Shown here piece by piece: positions 51,590-63,514 of a DNA stretch of 64,000 bases. The notes beneath the pieces were generated by a model that saw nothing but the letters and a program-made list of their open reading frames with translations, was not told where the DNA came from and did not search any database. Position numbers and translations under genes: made by a program. Positions within the stretch are counted from its first letter, which is position 1, and each line of letters begins with the position of its first letter. The DNA is taken from the NCBI GenBank assembly GCA_964016885.1, contig OZ024762.1, positions 12,400,001-12,464,000 on the forward strand, written 5' to 3'. Source of the stretch: Eledone cirrhosa (Eukaryota).

Positions 51590-53470
51590 CCATCATCATC
51601 ATCATCACTCTTTTATGTCTATTTTCCAACCTGGTCTAAATACCAATATGGTGACGAGACTTATTCAAGCTGCAGCTGTCATATTCCGTTGTTTCTTTAT
51701 AAAAATAAATAATAAACAATATTGATTTTTATCGGAAATAATTGATATGTAATGATTGATTTTGTTCTGTCTTTTATATATAGATTTCATCATGAAAACT
51801 TAGTTCCTCTCTTAGCTTATTGCTGCCAACCAAAACTGTGTCTTGTCTGTGTATATATGGTAAACGGTTCCGTAGAAGATAGATTACACTGTAAGGTAAG
51901 AAATACACTTGTATATTGGTAAATTGGTCTGTAGAAGATATATTAATATGTCAGGTGAGAAATATACCTGTATATATAGTAAATTGCTCTATAGAAGATA
52001 GATTAGCATGTCAGGTAAGATGTACACCTGTATATATGGTAAATTGTAGAAGATAATGTCAGGTAAGAAATATACCTGTATATATCATGACTCATACACT
52101 GTTCACTTTCCTGACATTTCTACATTATTCTATGTACTATACATGCACCTTTGATGAGTTGTAGTGCACCTGAGCACTCTACACAATAATATATATATAT
52201 ATATATATATATTTTGAGTTTATGTTGGTTGTATATATATATATATATATATATATAGATGCAAGTGTGTATATCATGACTCATACACTGTTTACTTTCC
52301 TGACATTTCTACATTATTCTTTGTACTATACATGCACTTATGATGAGTTGTAGTGCACCTGAGCACTGTACACAATAACTTTCATTATTATTATTTCCTG
52401 TCTTTCCCAGAATCAGACAAAACCCCTGTCAATAGAGCAGCGTCTTGTAATAGCAAAGGGAACGGCCCATGGCATTCATTATCTCAACAGTAACAAAGTC
52501 GTACACAGAGACATTAAAAGGTTTTTTTTTAATTATCTTCATTATTTTTATTTATTAATTATATCTTTTAACGATCAATAATTTACTCAGACTTCATTTC
52601 CTGAGTGAGGTGGAACTATTTAAATCGGACCAACGAATATATATATATATACACACACACACATATATTATATATATATATATATAATATACATTATATA
52701 TATATATACAGGTTATCCCAAAAAAATGTATGCACACTTTGATTACCTGTACAGGCAATGTTTATTAGAATGCTGTTGAAGTGTGTATACATTTTTAGGG
52801 GACACCCTGTATATAATATGTAACATATATCTATATCATCATTATATTTATTTAGATATATATATACATATACGTATATAATATATATTATATAAACGGA
52901 AAAAATGAAACGAAATTTCATTTCCCACTCTTAGTACAGCTGTTACTTAAATATAAGTATGTACACGTACATACACGTATGTACATACACATACATACAC
53001 ATACTCGATATGTAAATTGGGCTACTCAGCCGTTAATATGCATAAGGTAAGTATATACGTTCAACAATCTGGCAGGAAGGTATACGTTGCTGTCGATAGC
53101 TAATAAGCTTGAAACTAGTACAGCGTTCCTTTGTCAGTGTTGAACAAACGAGCAACGATGGTTGCTGGACACTGTACAGCTTAATACGGGATGTTTGTTT
53201 ACAAACACACCGAGCATTATAATAAATGTTCGGTGAATCCATACGTACATATATGTGTGTGCATGTATGTATATATATACACATACTACTGTATGTCTGT
53301 ATACATATGTGTATGTACGTGTACATACTTATATATTATATACATATATGTATATAATATACATCTATACATTATATACATATATATATATACATTATAT
53401 ACAATAGAAGGGATATTGTATACATTATATACATATATATTAGATATATATATATTATATATATATATAT

Positions 53471-53561
<91 letters not shown>

Positions 53562-53562
53562 C

Positions 53563-53618
<56 letters not shown>

Positions 53619-54207
53619 TATACATATATATATATATATATATTATATACATATATATATATTATATACATATAAATATATATATTATATACATATAAAT
53701 ATATATATTATATACATATATATATAATATATACATATATATATATAAATATATATATTATATACATATATATATAATATATACATATATATATATAATA
53801 TATACATATATATATATATATATATTATATACATATATATATATATATTATATACATATATATATATATATTATATACATATATATATATTATATATATA
53901 TATATAAATATATATATATTATATATATATATTATATATATATATATATTATACATATATATATACATTATATATATTATATATATATATATATATTATA
54001 CATATATATATACATTATACATATATATATACATTATATATATTATATATATATATATTATACATATATATATATACATTATATATATATTATACATATA
54101 TATTATACATATATATATATATATACATTATATATATTATACATATATATATACATTATATATATTATATATATATATATATATATTATACATATATATA
54201 TATACAT

Positions 54208-54245
<38 letters not shown>

Positions 54246-57200
54246 ATTATATATATATATACATTATATATATTATATATATTATATATATATATACATT
54301 ATATATATTATATATATTATACATATATATATATACATTATATATATTATATATATATTATACATATATATATATACATTATATATATTATATATATATA
54401 TACATATATATTATATATTATATATTATATATATATATAAAATCTTTTCAACATATTTTCTGTCCATTCCAGTGCCAATGTCCTTCTTGATGAGAACTTC
54501 ATTCCTAAAGTTGGGGACTTTGCGACGGCCCGCCCTGGTCCAATGGGTAACAACACAGCTTCAGTGTGTACCTCGATTGTTATGGGGACCTCAGCTTACC
54601 AGGCCCCAGAGGCTCGCATGCACGACATCTCAGCCAAATTAGACTCATTTGGATTCGGTGTGGTGAGTACTGATTATAGTGATCCCCTTTTGACCTTGTT
54701 GTTGACCTCTGACCTTAATGTATTCACCTTGCTGGTGTCCTTGTTTGATGTCGGTGACTAATGAACTCATTGACCTTGTTGGTGATCTCAGTGACCCTAA
54801 TGAATTTAGTGACCTTGTTGGTAACCTTGCTGACCTCATTTCCCATCAATGACCCTAGACCTTGTTGGTGACCTTATTGGCCTCGGTGACTAATGAACTC
54901 ATTGACCTTGTTGGGGACCTCGTTTGACTTCAGTGACACTAGACCTTGTTAGTGACCTCACTTGACCTCATTGACTGACTAATGACTATTGACCTTGTTG
55001 GTGAGCTCATTGACCTTGATTAAATTGACCCCAATACACAACTGGTACCCCTGGAAGGTGACCAATGAAAAAAAAAAGTTAACCTCGACAAGATTTGAAC
55101 TCGGAACCAACACCACAATGACATTTTCTTCCGATGCTCTACTAATTCTTCCACCCCCACCCCCTTATTACAGTGTTTCGACTCACTGTATTTCTTCTTT
55201 TTTTTTTCAATTTATTTTTCATGTGTTTTTGTTTTTCTGTTATTTCCAGGTTCTTCTCGAATTGTTGACCAGTTTACCTGCGTTTGACTTAAACCGGGAA
55301 GACCGAGACTTGGTAATTAGTCTAATCTTAACTATAATAAAGTTTGACTACTTTGAATAAATAATGAATGAATATTACATAATTTATGTGCTAAATTTTG
55401 TGGCTGTTGATTAAATATATTTTATAGTTTATTTAAAGATTCACTTCTTTAAAATTTTCAAATGTCAACACTTCCAGTTAGCGGCCGTTATATTTTAACA
55501 CTTATAATCGCATATATTTCCCTCGTTAATTTTCTCCTAATGCAGTTTATATATAATATCGTCTTTTTTTAAATGTATCATGGATTACTTTACTGATTAA
55601 ATAAGACAGTGTAACATAGACTTCATTCAATTTCTATGTATTTTATATTGTCAATTACGATTTTATTTTATGTATCATATCTACATGTATAATATCAATA
55701 TACACACTACACATGCTAGCAGAAAACCACCCTAGGGTGGTTTTTCTGCTAGTTAATATAATTAATATAATCACTTGATTGGTTGATGAGGGGTGGGATA
55801 CATTTGTTGTGAACAAGAAATGAATGTATTTAACTCTTCCCCTACACATCTACCTCTCTTTGGCAAGGTCGATGTGGGGTACATTTGTCTTACCTCCAAC
55901 ACAGTATTACCTCCAACAGTCTTACCTCCATCATAATCTTACCTCCATCATAATCTTACCTCCATCGTAATCTTACCTCCATCGTAATCTTACCTCCAAC
56001 ACAGTCTTATCTCCATCGTAATCTTACCTCCATCATAATCTTACCTCCATCGTAATCTTACCTCCATCGTAATCTTACCTCCATCATAATCTTACCTCCA
56101 TCGTAATCTTACCTCCAACACAGTCTTACCTCCATCATAATCTTACCTCCGTCGTAATCTTACCTCCAACACAGTCTTACCTCCATCGTAATCTTACCTC
56201 CATCATAATCTTACCTCCATCGTAATCTTACCTCCAACAGTCTTACCTCCATCGTAATCTTACCTCCAACACAGTCTTACCTCCATCGTAATCTTACCTC
56301 CATCATAATCTTACCTCCATCGTAATCTTACCTCCAACAGTCTTACCTCCATCGTAATCTTACCTCCATCGTAATCTTACCTCCAACACAGTCTTACCTC
56401 CATCATAATCTTACCTCCATCGTAATCTTACGTCCATCATAATCTTACCTCCATCGTAATCTTACCTCCAACAGTCTTACCTCCATCGTAATCTTACCTC
56501 CATCATAATCTTACCTCCATCGTAATCTTACCTCCAACACAGTCTTACCTCCATCGTAATCTTACCTCCATCATAATCTTACCTCCATTATAATCATATC
56601 TTCCTCACAATCTACCCCCCACCACACTGTACTCTACCTCTCCCCACCACACTGTACTCTACCTCTCGCCACCACACTGTACTCTACTATGCTCCCGTCT
56701 CTGTCCAGAAATCTCACATATTGGAGAACTTTGAAGAGAGCAACTTAATGGACTGCGTTGACCAGAAAGCTGGACTGTGGGCAACAACACTTGTGTCCAA
56801 TATCTACCACATAGCAATGAGATGTTTAAAAAATAGAAAGAAAAAACGAGCCACTATTGAAGAGGTAAGTTATCTTTAGTATATATATATATATATATAT
56901 ATACATTGGCCTTGCAATCGAAAGGTTGTGAGTTCAATTCTCAGACCGGGTGATGTGTTGTTTCCTTGAGCAAGACACTTTATTTCCCATTGCTCCAGTT
57001 TACTCAGCTGTAGAAATGAGATGATAGGACTGGGGTCCCTATCATTCCACTGCAAAGTTGTCGTGGAGGTGCCACGGAAAAAAGCACCCAGCACTCACTG
57101 TAAATGAGGTTGGTGTTAGGAAGGGCATTCAGCTGTAGAAATCAAGCCAGCATCAGTTCCTGTCCCACCCTTGCAAGCAGGGAAAAGCGGACGTAAAATG

Positions 57201-57839
57201 ATGATGATATACACTCATATACACAATACGCACTATATATATACACACATATACACATATATACACCATATATACATCATATATATTAAGATACATACAC
57301 ACTATATATATATATTATATATATGCTCACACCATATATATTAATATATATACACTCCTACACACCATACATTTGTATACAAAAGATAAAGAATTGAGAA
57401 AGAGATATAGAGGAAGAATTAACCCCAGTACTTGACTGGTACTTTTTTTATCAACCTTATTGGAATGAAAGCAAAGTTGACATCAGCGGAATTTGAGCTC
57501 AGAGAAACAAATACCTCAAGGTATTCTGTTGTTCTAACAACTCTGCCAGTTCATGCTTACTAAAGTTAAAAAGATAGCCATTATTAAACGTCAAAACGTT
57601 CTGAGTTTAAATCCAGCCGAGGTCGATAAAATAAAGTACCAGTAATGTACTACACTGGGGTCGATTTCCTCGACTTTCATCTCCCCTAAATTGCTGGCCT
57701 TGTGCCTCTAAAGTAGAAATTATTATTCTATGCGAAAATTAATCTGAGAGTTAAAGGGAGATAATTGGTACTCGGAGCAAGAAAGATGCTAAATATGAAA
57801 TTATTTATATGTTCATACATACAAGTTCAGAACTACAGT

Positions 57840-57906
<67 letters not shown>

Positions 57907-58560
57907 ATACTTCAACGTAAATGCATATATATATATATGCACACACGCGTGTCCCCCCAAAATATATACACATTTATTTGAATGCTGTTGAAATGTGTAA
58001 TTTTTTGGAGGGACACCCTATATATATATGCATAAATATATGTATGTATGTATATATATACACAGGGTGTCCCCAAAAATGTATACACATTTTGATTACT
58101 TGGACAGGCAATATTTATTAGAATGCCAAAATAAAATAATCTACAGACATAATTCAATTGTATCTAAACACCCAAAAATGTTTATATAATTTAAGTAATG
58201 CATATAAAACAATTTATTTTATGCATTTTTTTGCTGTTGAAGTGTGTATACATTTTTGGGGACACCCTGTATATATATATATGGATTAACCCTTTAGCAT
58301 TTAAACCAGCCGTATCTGGCCAGAATTCTCTCATCTTTTTTTGTTCAAACCAGTTGTAACCAGCTGCTCATACTTATATTAAGGTATTGTTCTCAAAATA
58401 AATAATATCAAGATCTCATAGATTCGATATTATGCGAGGTAATTATGTATGATACTAGTTGTATTCTGTGGTCAATTTAATTCATTTTTAATTAAAAAAT
58501 TGTTTTTTTACTTTTTCTTCTCAGATTTTACCATCTCTCGAGGAATTAAAGGATTGCTGA
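38199..58560 (+). CDS. IRAK4: IRAK4/Tube-like kinase (N-terminal death domain + RD Ser/Thr kinase), 13 coding exons, ~539 aa
   Basis: Join 38199-38377, 40917-41077, 45275-45316, 47053-47094, 47905-48204, 48610-48741, 51030-51126, 51784-51895, 52411-52520, 54473-54662, 55250-55312, 56709-56864, 58525-58560 (1620 nt, GT-AG, phases consistent). Motifs: SPTRIILENWG, AADYL, GSGGFGSVY, VAVK, FETEL, VHRDIKSANVLLD, GTSAYQAPE. Confidence 0.9.
39200..40345 (+). mobile_element. Decayed RTE-clade LINE with internal deletion
   Basis: PGEECTPQHRLVV (endonuclease end), RTGWKKFRELLP, GRPRKTW, (GAT)n tail; multiple stops and frameshifts. Confidence 0.85.
40917..41077 (+). CDS. IRAK4: IRAK4-like coding exon 2 (death domain, C-half)
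   Basis: tgtcag| NFHDQSRRSSKSPTRIILENWGMQNPRIKHLLKVLRESDLVAAADYLSVDVLK |gtaaga. Confidence 0.92.
41100..41935. repeat. (CAC/CAT)n low-complexity tract
   Basis: Directly visible. Confidence 0.9.
42229..45245 (-). mobile_element. Decayed R4/Dong-like non-LTR retrotransposon (RT + CCHC + restriction-like endonuclease)
   Basis: KSPGKD, NYRPITCL, IDYKKAFDSLPH, GIFQGDSLSPLLF, YMDDLKL, CRVC..ETIDH..C, RHD, RPDI..IDMSVP; frameshifted; (TAA)n on both flanks on the minus strand. Confidence 0.88.
45275..45316 (+). CDS. IRAK4: IRAK4-like linker microexon A (42 nt)
   Basis: ttcctag| SSVKRLNSAVQNC |gtaagt; phase 1-1. Confidence 0.6.
45650..46210 (+). mobile_element. RTE-clade LINE 3' fragment
   Basis: [33 protein letters not shown]...RLRWYGHV. 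Confidence 0.85.
46647..46874. mobile_element. piggyBac-like MITE, unexpanded copy
   Basis: TTAA|CCCTTTAGCATT ... AATGCTAAATGA|TTAA; a partial third copy starts at ~58290. Confidence 0.7.
47053..47094 (+). CDS. IRAK4: IRAK4-like linker microexon B (42 nt)
   Basis: tttacag| MYKGEPMSNENNF |gtgagt; phase 1-1. Confidence 0.65.
47221..47267 (-). ncRNA. Degenerate hammerhead motif
   Basis: Minus: TGCT CTGATGA TTCCAGA-caatta-TCTGGAA GAAACGATCAGT AGCA; cleavage-site register imperfect. Confidence 0.45.
47905..48204 (+). CDS. IRAK4: IRAK4-like linker exon (300 nt)
   Basis: caccag| KNYTKSVNYNSKRNMPSLPQE...LKKLMDLHI |gtaact; open, phase 1-1. Confidence 0.8.
48610..48741 (+). CDS. IRAK4: IRAK4-like exon, kinase Gly-rich loop
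   Basis: catcag| GDDDAFNKIEYTLLEELTNQFDDNHLHEGGRLLGSGGFGSVYL |gtaagt. Confidence 0.94.
48765..49544. mobile_element. TTAA-flanked element with 40-bp minisatellite, inverted copy of 7417-8365
   Basis: TTAA at 48761-48764 and 49545-49548; shared unique ~185-bp arm; ~15 repeat units. Confidence 0.75.
50360..50398 (+). ncRNA. Minimal hammerhead motif, U3-A8 variant
   Basis: TTCC TTGATAA TGGGTT TT AAACCC GAAAATATTT GGGA; palindromic helix III AAATATTT. Confidence 0.45.
50609..50643 (-). ncRNA. Minimal hammerhead motif
   Basis: Minus: CCT CTGAAGA AGAGAT ATT ATCTC GAAAATTA AGG. Confidence 0.45.
51030..51126 (+). CDS. IRAK4: IRAK4-like exon, VAVK and alphaC
   Basis: ttctag| IGGDQFVAVKRLYDTTNDLVKQFETELNVLK |gtaaga. 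Confidence 0.94.
51784..51895 (+). CDS. IRAK4: IRAK4-like exon, hinge region
   Basis: tatag| FHHENLVPLLAYCCQPKLCLVCVYMVNGSVEDRLHCK |gtaaga. Confidence 0.94.
52411..52520 (+). CDS. IRAK4: IRAK4-like exon, catalytic loop
   Basis: ttcccag| NQTKPLSIEQRLVIAKGTAHGIHYLNSNKVVHRDIK AG|gttttt. Confidence 0.94.
53330..54440. repeat. Long degenerate (TA)n tract
   Basis: Directly visible. Confidence 0.95.
54473..54662 (+). CDS. IRAK4: IRAK4-like exon, activation segment
   Basis: ttccag| ANVLLDENFIPKVGDFATARPGPMGNNTASVCTSIVMGTSAYQAPEARMHDISAKLDSFGFGV |gtgagt. Confidence 0.95.
55250..55312 (+). CDS. IRAK4: IRAK4-like exon
   Basis: tttccag| VLLELLTSLPAFDLNREDRDL |gtaatt. Confidence 0.93.
55888..56595. 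repeat. 17-bp minisatellite with variant units
   Basis: tcttacctccatcgtaa / tcttacctccatcataa / tcttacctccaacacag, ~40 copies. Confidence 0.9.
56709..56864 (+). CDS. IRAK4: IRAK4-like exon, kinase subdomains X-XI
   Basis: gtccag| KSHILENFEESNLMDCVDQKAGLWATTLVSNIYHIAMRCLKNRKKKRATIEE |gtaagt. Confidence 0.92.
58525..58560 (+). CDS. IRAK4: IRAK4-like terminal coding exon
   Basis: Strong polypyrimidine tract + cag| ILPSLEELKDC TGA. Confidence 0.82.
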   Translation: MLPSLEELKDC

Positions 58561-59285
58561 CGATAATTCCCTGTGGAATGTTAATGATATAAACTGTGGA
58601 AACAATCTGCAGAATATAGTCCCCAGTCACACCATATTTTAATTCTTAATATCTTGGATCATATTCTTGAAAAATGCAAAGCAACAACACTATGACTTCA
58701 TCACATTAAAAATTAAAGTCTTTACTCTAACACTGTAAATTATCACACAATGATCTGTCCACTGGTAAAGATACTATAAACATTTGAATTAACAAACCAC
58801 GTGAAACCACATTAGTAAGATATGTTGGAAAGTACAAAACAGTACTATGACTGCATCACATTAAACATTAAAGTCTTCACTCTAACACTGCTAGTGTCCA
58901 CTTAAATGATTTGTTCACTTGTTAAGATACTATAAACATTTTAATTAACAAGTCCCCCCCCCCACACTCTGCACCTTCTACACCCCCTCCACCCCACTAC
59001 CCACACACACCCTCGCTGCACCCATTTTCTACAGTTGAAAAGGTATTATTCCACTATGAAATGATTATGCTTAAAAATAACAACACCATCACCACCACCA
59101 CCACCACCACCACAACCACACCACCACCACCACCACTACCAGCACCACCACCACCACCATACTACTACCACCACTACCAGCACCAATACCACCACAGAAG
59201 CAAACTGAAAATCAAAAGAATTACAAAAAACCTTTATGGTTATATATATGGTATATATATATATATGTATATATATATACTCTTT

Positions 59286-59327
<42 letters not shown>

Positions 59328-59610
59328 AATGTTGTCTCTTATCGAGATGAAGCAAATGTGTATTTGAATACACATGAAAATGAGGAAACACATTTTTAGA
59401 ACAGCTAAATGCTGTCAAAGGCAGCAATGGACAACGATGCCTGAGAGGACAGACGACATGCAAATAGTCAAGAGACGCAATCAACCTTGTGGATTGTTCC
59501 AGTGATGAGTTTTCTCATTTTTATATGTACTATACATGCACCTTTGACGAGTTGTAGTGCACCTGAGCACTGTACACAATAATTTCCTTATTATCATTAT
59601 TATTATATAT

Positions 59611-59800
59611 AGGGCGGTGGATTGGCAGTATCGGTAGAGGGTCGGACACCATGCTTTCCAGCATAGTTACGTCCCTTTACGATCTGAGTTCAAATCCCGC
59701 CGAGGTTGACTTTGCCTTTCATCCTTACGGGGTCGATAAAATAAAGTACCAGTAATGCACTGGGTAATTGATGGCCTTGTGCCTAAAGTAGCAACAATTA
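59611..59800 (+). mobile_element. tRNA-derived SINE, full length
   Basis: A box TGGCAGTATCGG, B box GAGTTCAAATC, central GCCTTTCATCC...GGGGTCGATAAA domain, (TTA)n tail. Confidence 0.8.
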
Positions 59801-59939
59801 TTATTATATATATTTATAACCAGAAACTCTCCTATATGAGCAAGACACGGTCACCCGACCCAACTTGCCTCTAAATGGAACAAACCCGTCTAACCCATGC
59901 TAGCGTGGAAGATAGACGTTAATCGATCATGATGATTAT

Positions 59940-60339
59940 ATATATAATGTATATATTTATATATATATATCATATATGATATATATATATATATATAATG
60001 TATATTTTTATATATATATATAATGTATATGTTTATATATATATATATCATATATGATATATATATATAATGTATATATTTATATATAATGCATATATTT
60101 ATATATATATATATTTATGTGTATATATAATGTATATATATATATATCATATATGATATATATATATATCTGATATATATATTATATATATATTATATAT
60201 TATATATTATATATATATATATATATATGTCATATATATATATCATATATATATATATCATATATATATAGATATATATATATATATATATCATATATAT
60301 TATATATCATATATATATATATATATATATATATCATAT

Positions 60340-60389
<50 letters not shown>

Positions 60390-60549
60390 CATATATATAT
60401 ATATCATATTTATATATCATATATATATATTATATATCATATATATATATTATATATCATATATATATATATATATATCATATTTATATATCATATATAT
60501 ATATATATATATATTATATATCATATATATATATATATCATATTTATAT

Positions 60550-60591
<42 letters not shown>

Positions 60592-60809
60592 CATATATAT
60601 ATATATATTTCATATTTACATATATATATATATATATATATATCATATTTATATATATATATCATATTTATATATATATATATATATATCCTATTTATAT
60701 ATATATATCATTTATATATATATATATATATATCATATTTATATATATATATATATATCATATTTATATATATATATATATATATATCATATTTATATAT
60801 ATATATATC

Positions 60810-60843
<34 letters not shown>

Positions 60844-61243
60844 TTTATATATATATATCATATTTATATATATATATATATATCATATTTATATATATAT
60901 ATATCATATTTATATATATATATATCATATTTATATATATATATATCATATTTATATATATATATATATATATCATTTATATATATATATCATATTTTTA
61001 TATATATATATATCATTTATATATATATATCATATTTATATATATATATCATATTTATATATATATATATCATATTTATATATATATCATATTTATATAT
61101 ATATATATATCATATTTATATATATATATATCATATTTATATATATATATATATCATATTTATATATATATATATCATTTATATATATATATATATCATA
61201 TTTATATATATATATATATCATATTTATATATATATATATATA
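59940..61243. repeat. Long degenerate (TA)n/ATATC tract
   Basis: Directly visible. Confidence 0.95.
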
Positions 61244-61462
61244 TCATTATCGCTGCCATATCCTGCATCTCCAACAGACCAGTGTCTGTCCTTAGGGCAT
61301 CAACATACGTTAACCTTGGTCTTCCTCTTCTAGTGTGTCCATGTAGGGGCTCCCAAAGGAGCACTGAGTGCAATGTCAACAAAGGACATGGCAGCGATAA
61401 TGAGGGACAGAGACCGCTGGAGAGAACTCGTCCATGGATCTCGGGAATTTTACCCGCCTTAG
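61244..61462. mobile_element. RTE LINE 3' end with 5' inversion
   Basis: Same family as 23361-23555; 61244-61380 is minus-oriented and 61388-61462 plus-oriented. Confidence 0.7.
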
Positions 61463-61530
61463 ATAGATAGAGATATATATCATATTTATATATATATATC
61501 ATATTTATTTATATATATATATATCTATAT

Positions 61531-61839
61531 ATAATATAAGATCAAAAGATGGTTAAAGGAGTTCAATATATTTTATTATGCGCATTTCAAAAACAAACAT
61601 CATCAAACAATAATATTTGTGTTTTCATCAGATAAAACAGGAGAACATGATATGAAGGCTAAAAAAACACTTGTTGATAGTGCAGTTTTAAATCAACAAG
61701 TGTTTTTTTAGCCTTCATATCATGTTCTCCTGTTTTATCTGATGAAAACACAAATATTATTGTTTGATGATGTTTGTTTTTGAAATGCGCATAATAAAAT
61801 ATATTGAACTCCTTTAACCATCTTTTGATCTTATATTAT
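61531..61839. ncRNA. Inverted pair of hammerheads (family B): 61571-61637 minus, 61733-61799 plus
   Basis: 148-bp apparently perfect arms (61531-61678, 61692-61839) with a 13-nt spacer; each arm has TTTTAT CTGATGA ... GAAA TGCGCA TA ATAAAA. Confidence 0.72.
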
Positions 61840-62344
61840 GCATACTCCAGTCCCACAAACTGTAGAGTGCTTCTTATCCGATATCTGCATTGCTTTATTG
61901 TACTACAATAAAACTCACCTCCTACATATATCTATATATATGTAGATAAATCTACCAAGAGTTTACGGTAGTGTCCAATCCGTATGAAGAACTCAATGTA
62001 TTCCGGATATCATGGAAAGAAGAGATGTAATGAAAAATCACTTTCGGTGATATATATTTTAACACATATATATCATAGAAACGATCGTTAAATAATGAAC
62101 TTTTTTTGTTTAATATAAGGAACTGTTTCATTGTTTTATTCATTATTTGTTTAATATTTTATATCTATATATATATATATATATCATATTTATTTATATA
62201 TATATATATCATATTTATTTATATATATATATATATATCATATTTATTTATATATATATATATATCATATTTATTTATATATATATATATATATATGATA
62301 TTTATATATATATATATATCATATTTATATATAAATGAAAGGTA

Positions 62345-62950
62345 TAGTAGCTTGTTTCCCTCATCTTGGCAATCCTCTTGGTGTAGCTTTGCTGGATTGC
62401 CTCAAGCTCCGTGGTTAGTTTGACACTATGGGGTGACCACAACTGGGAGCAGTAGTCCAGGCGGCTTAGGACAAATGTCCTCCATAGTGTCAACATGGTG
62501 TCTCGATCTCTTGTCCGGAAAGTCCTCAAGATCCAGCCAGCGAGTCGTCTGCACATTGTCGCCACTTTCATGATGTGTAAAGAAAAAAATGCATCATCGC
62601 TCATGTCTATGCCCAGGTCTCGTATCGATTTTGACACGGGGATATCGCTCCCTCCTGGTCCTGTGTAGTTGTGTTGTACTATATTTGTGTTTGCAGGTTT
62701 GTTTGGAGGTTTGTATTGTAGGGCTTGGAATTTGCCAGCATTAAACTGCATGTTGTTTTCTTCCGCCCATTTGTATATGGCATCCAGATCCTGCTGTAAA
62801 AGGGTAGTGTCAGCCGGATTTTTGATTGCCTGTGCTACCTTAGTGTCATCAGCATAGCTAGTGAGGGATGTTGTTGTATGTACTACAGAGGGCATGTCTG
62901 AGAGAGCCACCAAAAACAGTAGTGGTCCCAGGACTGTCCCCTGGGGCACA
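62345..62950 (-). mobile_element. CR1/L2-group LINE reverse-transcriptase fragment
   Basis: VPQGTVLGPLLFL, YADDTKV, LQQDLDAIYKWAEENNMQFN, RDLGI, SRLDYCSQLWSP; truncated at both ends by TA arrays. Confidence 0.88.
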
Positions 62951-62974
62951 GTATATATATATATATATACACAG

Positions 62975-63047
<73 letters not shown>

Positions 63048-63048
63048 G

Positions 63049-63079
<31 letters not shown>

Positions 63080-63483
63080 TTGTTATATATGTATTATGTT
63101 TTATTTTAATTTTTATTAAATATAGTTCCATTTTTTTATATTTTCTTGGTTGACTTCTTTTTTTTCTTCTTCTGGGGTTGTAAGTATTTGTCCCCTACCT
63201 GTCCCACACCTGTCCCTTACCTGAATGTCCATCACACACCTGTGTCAGGTATATTGAAGGCGGTATTTTTAAACTGGCCCTTCATTTAGGCACGTGGACA
63301 AAGATATTTTATCCTCGTGGGTGGCCATGACTTGACCCTCAAACTAATGGTAGCACATACATGTTAATTGTATAAAACTTTGTTTATACTAAATAAATAT
63401 ATATATATGTGTGTGTGTATGTATATATATATGTGTGTGTGTGTATGTATATATATGTGTGTGTGTGTGTGTATGTATATATA

Positions 63484-63514
<31 letters not shown>

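Noticed and set aside
38199-58560. Pelle/IRAK1 assignment for the kinase
   Set aside because: The catalytic loop is HRD (RD kinase), whereas Pelle/IRAK1 have HGD; the death domain resembles IRAK4/Tube.
63170-63360. Possible exon or promoter of a neighbouring gene
   Set aside because: Only isolated donor-like and CACGTG motifs; no supportable ORF or partner exon in the window.
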